A stretch of DNA of 63,028 nt, filler included, from Choristocarpus tenellus KU-1152 (taxonomy: Eukaryota; Protista; Phaeophyceae), in the NCBI GenBank assembly GCA_964200185.2. It is 13 parts of 13 records of this genome, joined end to end, with 100 filler letters (N's around TTAATTAATTAA, not from the genome) between each part and the next. Parts side by side here need not be neighbours in the genome. Positions count along the whole stretch, not along the records: positions 11,481 to 14,593 come from CAXNAD020022239.1; positions 14,694 to 20,879 come from CAXNAD020008727.1; positions 20,980 to 23,783 come from CAXNAD020024601.1; 10 more parts are not named here. One strand, written 5' to 3'. Both the position numbers and the translations under genes were made by a program. The notes beneath the pieces were generated by a model. That model was not told the DNA's origin. It searched no databases and worked only from the letters and a program-made list of their open reading frames with translations. Within the stretch, counting starts at the first letter, position 1. Every line of letters begins with the position of its first letter. Positions 12,136 through 23,783 of this stretch are shown one piece after another.

Positions 12136-12768
12136 ATGGACTCGACACAAGCCTTCACTATTGACGATGGAGGACTTGAAAAAGACAACAGTAAGAGACT
12201 CAAAGTACTACTTGGGGGTGGGGGGGGGTCTCTACACCAGGTGTCCATTAGGGCCCTGACCAGGAGAAGCGCACTTATATTATTCATCCGACGCATGCAA
12301 CCAAATCACCCAAAATTGCGACATGGAAAACGAGCGCCGAATGGATAGGCGCCCCCTCCCCCAGATACTTAGAGACAAGAGTGGAGATGTGTATGTATGG
12401 TAGAGAGTAAAACGTAGAATTGATTAGAAAGAATAATATATTTGAAACATTGGAAACGCCTCCTCCACCAATACGTTATTTTGTTGCAGTTTTCGAAACA
12501 GATTGGAACGGGTTACCGTACTTCCGTTGGGAGTCGCCGAAGGTCAGTGCACTAATTGGTGAAGGCATGGCTACGGTTGCCACCTTACCGTCCCATCCAG
12601 CGCCTCCTCAGCTCAACCAAAATTTCCATTGGTGCTGCCGAGGAGGTCCCAAGCGGATCGATAACCACTTCCTCTTATGGGGGCGACCCAGAAGCCGGTT
12701 TCCCTTCCAGGGCATGGTCGGGCCGAACTGGCAGTGCATGGTGGTTACCATCTTATCAATCCCTGCAG
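12136..12768 (+). CDS. Probable DHHC-family palmitoyltransferase, first two exons (partial)
   Basis: Exons 12136-12190 (ATG...A|GTAAG) and 12490-12768 (TGCAG|...G|GTATGT), both phase 1. Encodes ...WCCRGGPKRIDNHFLLWGRPRSRFPFQGMVGPNWQCMVVTILSIP, resembling the 'FP..x..VGP.W..M..T' segment before TM1 of protist DHHC proteins. The DHHC motif itself was not found in this contig. Confidence 0.5.
12197..12376 (+). mobile_element. MITE class A, complete, intronic
   Basis: GACTCAAAGTA...AGATACTTAGAGAC, with AAGA duplicated at 12193-12196 and 12377-12380. Confidence 0.88.
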
Positions 12769-15700
12769 GTATGTGGGTGGATGTATTGCTGTTCTTTGGC
12801 TTGGATATTGCGATGTAAAAGAGGATTGCAGAGACTGACAGTGACTGACTTTGTAAAGAGTGTGGTCCCTCCTCTTGAAGTGCTTTGGTCGGATTCCTTA
12901 CTATTAAGGACCGAACCTATCGTCTAAAGAGAGAAAATATATGTTGTACTCTCCCCACAAATTACTCAGTGCCTACTCTTTGTTGGGAGAGCGTCACGAC
13001 AGTTAGCGACAGGTTCGTCTTTCATATGAAAGGCAATAGTGAATAGAGGCAAGTTATTTTGTGCTAAGTTTTATGTAAGATTGTATTTTATGCCTGCATG
13101 ATTTTCAGTGCGAATAATAGCAGCGTAGATGGGATTGGGGCAAATACCGGAAATGTGGACTGATGCGTTCAACCAAAGGCCTTCGACATAGGACCGGATG
13201 GAAGCGGTACAACTTGCCCAAAGAACAGGATTGAAATATACTTTTGAAATGTTCATGGAGGTTCATACCGGAGAATAAAACCATGGCGTCCTAGCCCAGA
13301 GCGAGAGTTCGCGTAGATTTGTCGCCTCGATAACCCCCAACCTGCCAAGAAACTACTCGCCAAAGCCTACTAACGTACTGTCCACAACCCCAACCCAGAA
13401 AAGTTGATCTTGAAGTGTAGTCTGATGGATCTTTTTTTGGTATCAGGAGAAAGCGCTTGACTTCTTTTCCAAATAGTGACGACACGTGCTGTTTGACTGT
13501 TTGAGTGCATTGTGACCCTTGCACAACTGGAGTTGGACAAATATTGGCAATTGCATATTTCTGTTTCAATTTAGGCTTTTTTTTGTTCCATTCGGGAAAA
13601 ATGATCGACATGTGCATAGTCCCTGATCGTTCTACACTGCTTCAAAACAAGAAAGGGGTACAAACAAATAGATTAATCACACACCCTACCCCAACCCTTA
13701 ACCAATCCTCATCTACTATTACTCTACTACAGCTGTTGTCCATCTTCTGCTTGCCCCAAAACCTCTATTGATGGAAGGAGATATCATAGTGGTTAGGAGT
13801 GAACAGCTGACTCATCATTTTTCTGCCGAGGTATATTTCTGTTTAATTTTATTATCAATTTCCAGCACATCTTCGAGATAGTTCCCCCCCCCCCCTCCCC
13901 CTCCCCACCCACCCCTTACATATCACTTATTAAATCTCAACACTCTTCGATCTTTTTCCCCCCCCCCCCCCCCCCCCCTCTCCAAACAATATATATATTT
14001 TTTTAGAGGACACGATCCTTGAGGCTTCATTTCATGATGCCACTAACTTCTTTGAAGTTTGCCTAGACTTTTTTTTGTTGGGAATTTGGGGGGCATGGGG
14101 ATTGTATCGGATACACAAATTATCATTCCCCTATATCCCCTTGTACTCTAGTGCTCTGTAGCCCCGCTTGAAGCGATTCGGTGAAAGGTCTCAGAAATAT
14201 GATAGACCCAGGGCCAACCCAACCGCTACACAACCTTACACCATGTCCTGGCTAGATCTACAGCCTTTGTGCCTCATCCAGGCCTACCCCGACCCTCCCG
14301 AAGGGGTAGTTGCAGTGGTGGATTATGTCGCAAGTGTCCCGCCCTAACCCTAACCCTCAAATCAAGTGCGCGTTCGCGACAATTTTTTTTTTACCTTGGC
14401 CCTCTCACGACTACCTGTGTGTCTGCCTCGATTGGCCACCCCCCGTCCCCCTTTTTTGAGAAGTAAACCTGCGGTCCGATGAACTCAACTCAAGCAGAGC
14501 GACGCAACGCGACGCACTACTTTATATTGGTGCAGGGTTTTTTTTTTTTCCGTAACCATCTCACATCCCCCCGTTTCGTTGTTGGACTGGATCNNNNNNN
14601 NNNNNNNNNNNNNNNNNNNNNNNNNNNNNNNNNNNNNTTAATTAATTAANNNNNNNNNNNNNNNNNNNNNNNNNNNNNNNNNNNNNNNNNNNNGGGGAGC
14701 CAAGGAAGTACACAGGACAAGGGGGGGTGTGGGGGGGGGTGATCTATTGTTTTATTCCAATTCTTATCACATTCAGGACATATCAATTTCAAACAAAAAC
14801 AAGAAAGAATGCAATCCATACTGCAATACTCACAAGTCCAAATTTGAAACATGGGCAAGATCCTTTTGAAACAAACAATTGGCCAACATGTGGTGACTGT
14901 CTAGTGGGTGATATATTGAGTGTGGCCCTTTCAAGGCAGTCCCTAACTACGATTACATCACCAATGGGAGACATGTAAGACCCAGTGCTGAGGGGGAAAA
15001 GGGCCAAACCATTATCAATCATACAATTACAATTATACCAAATCAGAAGGGTTGGAGTGTATTTAAACAGGTTCGCCCTTCCATCGGTCCACGCTATTTG
15101 ACAAAGGTCAAGGTAGCCAAACTGCCCATAATGATATAAACACAACCATACCAAATCAGAAGTGTTAACATGGATTACAATTAATTCAAGCCGTCCCACC
15201 TGTTGGTATTCTCGCCAAATGGCAAGCTAGTCAAACAGCCCAAAGTAGTTCTGATTGCTTTGGGGAAGTTCAACTACAATCGACCAATGAGAACCTGGAG
15301 TCAATTATACTCTACTTCAAGCCTTCCGATTTGGTATAAATTGTGATCGTATCATTTATTGTGATCTGAACCTTCATTTTCCGTGAACACCTGACTAAAG
15401 TACAAACTATCACCAAAATATTACAACCAGTTGGCGTAAGCCTGAACTTCAAAATATATTCCTTCTTTCAAGGAGAGATAAAAATTAGACTCAACTGGGA
15501 GGACCAAAAGGATGTAAGAAGAACCAACCAACACCCGAGAAGGTACTGTTACATACAAACAATAAATAAATAAAAATAACCTGCAACGATTAAGACGGTC
15601 GCCATTTTCAGCACCCCAGCACCACCTCACCAAGAGCTTCAAAATTCCAACTGCGCGCCCCAACCTAGCACAACAAAGATACCTCAATCCCTTGACCACC

Positions 15701-15816
15701 TTTTTGACTGCCTTAAGAGCGGCATGATGACAACAAACCCTCCACAACACCCTGGAACAATGCACACAGTGATGGGTGAGAATTAATGACCATAGGGGGA
15801 AAATTCCAAATAATAC

Positions 15817-18800
15817 CTTGAGCATGGCAGCGTTAAGGAAATCAACAAGCCCCTGCTGTGTAGTTCCCATGGGAATGTTACCCACAAAGAGCTCAATCTG
15901 AGTCTTTAGCATTGGGTTAGTCATCGGATTTGTCGATGACGGCGTTGCCACAGCACCCACCCCTGAGCCCGCCACAGCCCCTACCCCTAACCCTCCACTC
16001 AGTGCTCCCATTGTTCCCATGGCCCCTACACCTCCCACCATGCCAACTGCTGTAGAGTAGGTAGACATCAGAAGGCGAGGAAACAAAAGCAAGTGGTGAA
16101 CTATGTTGCAGAATTGTTCCCAGATTATCAAGGGGAAACTCAGAGTAGGTTATATGCGGCAAATGCAGTACATCGGCTATTTCAAATATGTGGAATACAG
16201 GCTAATCTAATTTATTGTCCAGATGCTGTTTCTCGGGCGCATGTTCCCTAACCCTAATCCTTCAAGATTGCAACCGCTAAAATAAAAAAAAAAAAGCGCA
16301 ATGATACTAGATGGGGGGGAGGAAGCAATCAATAGCCAATCCAAGGTAAGCACAGTATAACTGTGACACACAGCAAACCTACCTGGCATTGTGCCAACCA
16401 TACTCATCCCAGGCATTCCCCCAGCACCCAGGCCCTGCACGCCCATGATGCCCGTGGCTGTGGGGGTGGTTGACACAGAGGCCAGACCTGCCGCAATGAA
16501 CAAACCATAAGACAACACCATAGAGTACCACAGAGTCAAAGCAATTAAGAGGGTAGGAGTTTTGCCCTGTGTGTCCGTTTGGGGCTTGGCTTCCCACAGC
16601 TTTTTAATGCCACTTTACAGTTTTCTGTGTGAACACAGTAACTTAAATTGTATACAACTAGGAAAGGTGTGTGCAGAACAAGGATATTGACACTTGCTAA
16701 CAAACACGATAGCCAAACTTCACCAAAAACGCAACATTGAATTTATGATCCAGAACGGACACGGGGCCCTCCCCTCTAATATGCTGTAGGTGAAAGCACA
16801 ACACCCCATCAAGACAAAAAGGAGGAGGGACTCATATAACATCGCCAAGATATTTTTCACAGCATCCTGAATCAAAGAGCAGAAGCCTACCGTGAGCAAC
16901 AGTGCTTGATGCGTATGTTCTAGAGTATGCATTGTCCATGCATTAAAAAATTCGGCGTTTGGAGAACAGAGATTATACAAAAACATTTTCAGGTTATGTA
17001 ACAGTCGAACCATTGTCAGCAACAACAACATATGATCAAGTCCTTGCGAAAAAAAATGTTCCAACGATCACGGAGCGAAATTTCTAACCCAACCTCCAAA
17101 ACGCCTTCCAAGGCGGACAAAAGAAAAAGAAAAAAGGGTGCAACAAGTTCTAGATGCAACTTGTCGCCATACGTACAACAGCACCAAGACATCCACCCTA
17201 CACACCAAAACGATCTATTTGCCATCACCATCTTGCACCTAAGTCACCTCGTAAACTTCAAATAGGCACCAACGACAACAAGCGAATGAGCTACCTACGA
17301 AAGGGTGACATCACAGGAACAAACAAAAACGCCCCGACTCTTATGTCTGACAGTTTGTATGACAGTTACACACGGATGTTCCACAATCACTATGAACAAC
17401 AGGGATGAAGAAGAAAGACACAGCCCGAAATTGCAATGGCACCAATTTTGGACAGAAAAGAATCTGACACACAATGCCATCAACAAAACAACAGAGGATA
17501 TTGGCAAGTCAGTGTCTCCGTTCAAGGTATAATAGAGACTGAGAAGAGTGAATCCATGATACAGTCACCAGTTTATCTCCAGCATCATACCATACCATCA
17601 GCTAAATCACAACCCGATTTCATCCAGAGGAAAAGAACTGTAAACATAGCATGGATGATGCACCCAATTTTTCAGCCCCAGATTCATCAGTGCTTGATGA
17701 GGACGACAGCAACATCAATACCATCCACGGACTTGTCAAACTGATTTCCAATCAATTAAGGGGGGTGTCTAGGAAGCCTAGCTTCTGGAAACGGAGAGAG
17801 GTGGTTTGGCTTACCTGGACACACAACCAAACTGTGTACTACTACCACATGCACACTAACCAAAGACCCCATTTTCAAAAAATATAAAAAATTACACAAA
17901 CAAGAATGTAGCTCAACACTTGACATCTAGAAACACAAGAAAAGTAAAACCCTATTTTTATATTTTAGAGGATATAGACTTGGTGTAGTTGAGCAATTAG
18001 GGGCCTCAAAAAATGCATCAAAGGTACTGTCACATACTATTTCAAATATAATAATAATTTACAAGGAACCATACTCTTTTAAGTAATTATTCAGTACTAC
18101 CTAGAACCAGTTGATCAACGTAAATAATAAACTGCACCCAAAATGACCCACCAAAATCACAGAGGTTCATCGTGTACCATACACCAACAATGTCACTGGT
18201 TTTCACCAGCACTAACTGTGATCACAACAATTCTGAAATTAACTCTCACAGAGGTTCTTTTCAGGGCTTTTGCTCGTAGCATTTTGGTAACGATTCAAAC
18301 CAAATTCACCTATTCAAGCCATTTCACCTATTCATATTCAAACTATTTCACCTATTCAGAGAACAACCAGTTTCACACTCAAAACTCCTCGACCAGTCGA
18401 TTACCTTCTTGCACATATCAGCACTACTCAAAACTTCTTCAAAGCACTTGCCTCTTCTCACGTTTACCTTGAAATTTGCAGCACCTCAGACCACTCACCA
18501 CACATTTCAATCCATAATCAAGCATATCAAAATTTCAAAACTCACAAATCCCTTTCATTAACAACAATGCCCTCAACCCCCCTTCCAATTTCCAGGAAGG
18601 AGCAAGAGGATTACATCTCATGTTGCCATATCAATATATCCTCACATACCTCGAGCAGTCAAGGGACACATTAACCCTCGTATAAGCCCCCCTACCACAA
18701 CTGTATTGTAACAGAGTATGCAAGCCAAAAGCAGCCCACAATAACTCAATATTTTTATTTCTTGACTGCAAGTTTCAAAAAAATGTTCTTCTCCACCCAC

Positions 18801-20439
18801 AATCACTCTCTCGCACGAAACAGAAGAAAAATTATCCCCTAGAACTTACACCAATAGATTGGGTTACATCACAACAGAACAACAGGACAGTGCCTTATCA
18901 TACCTCCACTAAACTACTCTTCCCGCCCTCCCCCTCCCCTCAAGCAAAAATCTAAAAATATATATACTAGGATCATCACCTGCCGCCAAGGTTTCTGCCC
19001 CAGAGGGAGGTGGAGCAAAGCGAGACTTCTTGCGCTTGGGGGGGTCTGCAGCTGTGGTAGCAGCAGGGGCTACCTCCTTCTCCTTGAGCTTGTCCTCTGG
19101 CTTATTCTCCTCCCCACAACCTTCCTCAGGTCTGAGCAAAGTATAGGTTGTTTTCAAACTGTTTAACCAGTGGGGAGTAGCAGTTTACAGGAGCTGATAT
19201 GTTGTTACTAGTGTACTCTAGCACTTCCTCTGGTCACCACCAGTTCAAACACTTTGCACAATGAGTGAGAAAATCGTATGGGGACTCATAACGACAAACT
19301 TCTGACAAACAAGCAAATATATCATGCACATTAGCAATCCAGCAGCTTTAAATCCCTTGAAGGAGTTTAAATCTGAAATGTATTCATCCCAATAAAAGAT
19401 ATTATTGTAGTATCGTATTGCAGGGATTCCATAACTTTCACTATTGATTTCAAGGGGGATGCTAAATGTCTTTACAACAAACATTTACAACTTTAAACGA
19501 GAAAGAATGCCACTGTCAACCCCAGGCTCACTGAAATCTTAGTATCGCCATCTATTACAGATCTTCCCCTCCCCGCTAAAAACATCATAACGCTTACCGC
19601 CTGAGACAACGGATATTTGAGAAGGACAACATGTAGTCAGTTGTAAAAAATCCATCTTCGAACGGACCATTCCTTGGAACAGCATTTTACTAACCCGTGG
19701 AACAGTCGCATCTCTGTCCACTTGTTTTGAGCTATGCAATATCTTTGATTTCATAACGGCCTGTAATATACACAGACCTGTCCCTGCGACTGCTTCTGCG
19801 TCTTTCCCTCAAGGGCTCCTCCACTTCCACCTGCAGCGTCATCTCGCCCATCTGTAGTAGCAAGAGTGTCAAGGTACGCAAAAAGGACCGCGAGCTACAA
19901 ATTTTAGAGCGTTGCACCAGCGTCTACAAGCTATGACTGGTGAAGGCAATGGGTAATTCTCGGAAGATGGAAAAGTTTGGATTGTGTCACTTGTTATCCT
20001 CTCATCGGATTTTAGTCGATGCATTCTAACAGCACATCTCGAACGAGATGGGAGCTACCTCAGTATATCCACAGCGGGCAATCAGTTCTAGTGGTGTAGC
20101 GTTGTGACGAAATTCACTAGAGCCACGATTAGACAGTATCAGTGGATAGTCAGAGGTTCTACACCACTCTCAGCCTTCCAAAAGCATCAACACCCATGGG
20201 GCCAATCCTTGGTGCGCAGAAAAAGGTAATAAAGAGATTACCTCCAGGTCATGGAAGCCCTTCTTGGCCTTGACAGTGTCCTCTTCCTTCGCATACCGGC
20301 ATCGGCAGGTGAGGCTGGCCCCATCTATCTCGCACTCAAAAGCATCAACTGGTCCAATGGTCTCGAGGAGACCTCGGATTTCCGCCTCGGGGAGGGAGGT
20401 AGGGAATCCCTTGATCGTCATAAGGGCTGATTCAGACAT
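15817..20439 (-). CDS. RRM RNA-binding protein, U2AF large-subunit-like (5' five exons, 3' end missing)
   Basis: Exons 20439-20242, 19851-19778, 19131-18980, 16487-16383 and 16049-15817, GT-AG, phases 0,2,1,1,0 all compatible. N-terminal RRM-like fold (MTIKGFPTSLPEAEIRGLLETIGPV), Arg-rich RERRRSSRRDR, KRKKSRF, Gly/Met-rich linker, then ELFVGNIPMGTTQQGLVDFLNAAM (RNP2 region like U2AF65 RRM1). Confidence 0.8.
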
Positions 20440-20857
20440 TCTCAAGGAAGGGATAGTGATACAGATCTGATGGTAGTCAATAAAGTTGCAAGTTGCCAAT
20501 TTGAGTCCGAATGCGCCACTACAATTTTTTGTCTGAGGATGACGAGACTCTATAGGTTTCGGGACTCTCGAGGATTGCACAACTACCTTGTGTATATACG
20601 AGGTGGGAGGGTTAACTTAATGGAAATTGGGACTGTCTTATCAGGACCGTTTTGATACATACTTCATACCATGTCCAGCGCGCGAGTCGCGCCAAACGCG
20701 CGTCGGAATGGTAGGTCATGATGAGGGGATGTGATTTCAAAATCGGGTCCTTGTGATCGAATCCAAGAAATAGCTATCTACTTCTAGTATCAAGACCATG
20801 TTACACTTCGTTCACACACATATCATCCATCAATCCCAATCCTGATCTCAAATGGCT

Positions 20858-20879
20858 GACCCAAAGTATCTTGGGGGGG
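20858..20879 (+). mobile_element. MITE class A left TIR at contig break
   Basis: GACCCAAAGTATCTTGGGGGGG, then linker. Confidence 0.75.
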
Positions 20880-21060
20880 NNNNNNNNNNNNNNNNNNNNN
20901 NNNNNNNNNNNNNNNNNNNNNNNTTAATTAATTAANNNNNNNNNNNNNNNNNNNNNNNNNNNNNNNNNNNNNNNNNNNNCGTCGTTTTGAGGTCGTTGGA
21001 TTTGAGTTGTACATCCTGGAAGGTGAGCATTGAGGGGCGCCTGTAACATCTCATACACAC

Positions 21061-21755
21061 GTCAAACGTAGGGTACTGTCTACAAAGACTCCACTCCTTC
21101 CAAGATAAACAAACACAAATACAGAGACAAAATCATAGTAAAACTCCTACACCAGAGTCTCATATACATGTCAAAAGTAGGGTACTGTCTAAAAAGACTC
21201 CACCCCTTTCAAGATAAACAAACACAAGTACAGACACAAAACCATAGTAGCGCTGAACTTGGGTATTGCCATGGACTCTCCCCCTTCAGAACTAAAACAC
21301 AGAAACAACAGGACACTAAGACCTTGACTCACAGTCACCAAAGAGATTGGGTACCGTCATGGAAAGGCTTACCCTTTCTAGGAACTATGAATATATATCG
21401 AAAAATTCAAACATCTTACAATAAAAAATAACAATAGAGAACATCTCAGCAAGTCTCTCCCTCTTCACAAATAACAGAAAAAATGAATACAGGCAAAAAA
21501 TTACAATAGCACTGAAATAGGGTACTGCTTAGACTGTCCCCCTTCATAACTATAAACACAAATCATAGGACACCAAGATGTCTCACAGTCACAAACAAAA
21601 ACAAGGTCCTGCCATATAAAGGCTTGCTCTACCAACAAACAGAGAATACACGACAAAAAGACTCAGAAAAATAGGGAGTATCATAGTAAGACTCTCTCCC
21701 CTCACAAACATCAACACAAATGAATATGGATGCAAAATGACAATAGTACTGAAAC
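21061..21755 (+). repeat. Degenerate tandem array (about 60-70 bp subunits: TAGGG..CTG..AGACTCTCCCC.TCA..AAACACAAA)
   Basis: Recurrent subunits. 21607-21754 is nearly the reverse complement of 23636-23783. Confidence 0.75.
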
Positions 21756-21760
21756 ATTAA

Positions 21761-23172
21761 TTGCCACATGGCGACTTAAGGGCTCAGTTCCGACTCTATT
21801 CCGACTCCGTTCCCACTCTGCCAGTTTAATTTTTGCAACCTAGGGACTCCAGTTCCGACTCTGTTCCGACTCTGTTCCCACTCTGTTCCCACTCTGCCAG
21901 TTTTCTTGCAACCTAGGGACTCCAGTTCCGACTCCGTTCCCACTCTGCCAGTTTTCTTGTGACCTGGGGACTCAGTTCCGACTAAACCTGTGGGATAAAA
22001 GGACAGTGTGATACACGAAAAAGAGATCGGGAATGTGAGAGTACGAATGGCGAGGAAGAACTACCTAGGCAACGTCTATACTATGGTGGTCGAAAACCAC
22101 ACGTTTACGACTATAGGTGGATGTGTCACAGGCGATACGTCTTGATGGCGGTTTCATAAACACCATTATGACGTTGAAGTTCGAGATTTGATATATTTGT
22201 ACTTCTTGACTATTTATTTAATTATTTGGTCATTATGGTCCCCGATTGTGATCGACATTGTTGATCAGTCCCTTTTTTATACCATGATATTTACGACAAT
22301 CCAAGTGAGAGATCCAGCATACTTGACAACTTGTGCATCAGGAGTCCTATACCTACATCAGTATCATCTATAAGTCCGTGTATTAGAACTATACATCCTG
22401 TGGAGGTGAGCTTCTGAGGGGCAGCCGTAACATGGAGGTCCTACCGAGACTGGAGGTCCTACCGCCTCTCTTCAAACTGGAGGGATTACTCCTTGTTCAC
22501 CCCAACACATAGGATTGCTTGCTTGTTCTACCTGGATTGTTTTCTTGTTCCACCTGGGTATGTGATCTTCATCCGTCGTCTACGAGATTCCCTCCCTGGA
22601 CTCATCGTCTTCATGGGTCTGAGGGCTTCTGTGGCTCTGAGGAATCGCCACATCATCCACCTATAGTCGTAAACGAGTGGTTTTCGACCGCCATAGTATA
22701 GACGTTGCCTAGGTAGTTCTTCCTCGCCATTCGTACACTCACATTCCCGATCTCTTTTTCGTGTATCACACTGTTCTTTTGTCCCACAGGTTTAGTCGGA
22801 ACTGAGTCCCCAGGTCACAAGAAACTTGGCAGAGTGGGAACAGTGTCGGAACTGGAGTCCCTAGGTTGCAAGAAAACTGGTAGAGTGTGAACAGAGTGGG
22901 AACAGAGTCGGAACAGAGTCGGAACTGGAGTCCCTAGGTTGCAAGAAAACTGGTAGAGTGTGAACAGAGTGGGAACAGAGTCGGAACAGAGTCGGAACTG
23001 GAGTCCCTAGGTTGCAAGAAAACTGGTAGAGTGAACAGAGTGGGAACAGAGTCGGAACAGAGTCGAAACTGGAGTCCCTAGGTTGCAAAAATTAAACTGG
23101 CAGAGTGGGAACGGAGTCGGAATAGAGTCGGAATAGAGTCGGAACTGCATCCATAATGTCGCCATGTGGCAA
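21761..23172. mobile_element. Foldback-type element with long modular inverted arms, flanked by TTAA
   Basis: Arms 21761-22123 and 22654-23172 are reverse complements. Termini TTGCCACATGGCGAC...GTCGCCATGTGGCAA; TTAA at 21757-21760 and 23173-23176. Arms contain about 70-bp units built from the 11-mer GGAACAGAGTC. Confidence 0.85.
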
Positions 23173-23329
23173 TTAATACATGCTGCTGCAGCACGATTCG
23201 AGGTGATAGATGATATTTAATGTCCTGACCCGTGATAATCGCCAGTGGTAAGCGTGAAACATGTATTCCTAGTTTACGCTGGGGGGCATGTTACAGGCGA
23301 ATAGCATGTCTGCCTTTTCGCAATCTAAC

Positions 23330-23783
23330 CAGTTTGAAACGTCTTGCTATGGTTTATAGATTTTTATTATATTGCTAGACATTTTTTTTGTTTTTGTCGA
23401 GAGATGATTCTTGTGTCTTGTACTTGTTTGTGTTGATAATTCTGAAGCAGGAGAGTCTTGCTATGACACTCCCTATTTTTCTGAGTCTTTTGTTTGTATG
23501 TCCTTTGTTTATGAGTTGAGCAAGCCTTTATAGGGCAGCACCCTACCTCTATGCGACTGTGTGAGGCAATTGTGTTGGTGTCCTATAGTTGCTTGTGTTT
23601 AGTTGTGAAGGGGGAGAGTTTATGACAATACCCTATTTCAGTACTATTGTCATTTTGCATCCATATTCATTTGTGTTGATGTTTGTGAGGGGAGAGAGTC
23701 TTACTATGATACTCCCTATTTTTCTGAGTCTTTTTCTTGTATGTTCTTTGTTTATGGGTTGAGCAAGCCTTTATATGGCAGGA
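23330..23783 (-). repeat. Inverted copy of the 21061-21755 array
   Basis: Reverse-complement match to 21607-21754 and to its subunits. Confidence 0.75.

Noticed and set aside
16720-17800. Overlapping ORFs in the RRM gene's long intron
   Set aside because: Possibly a TE relic, but no recognisable motif and frequent stops.
21785-23147. GGAACAGAGTC-based repeats as a CRISPR array
   Set aside because: Tandem units without unique spacers, arranged as inverted arms; no cas genes.
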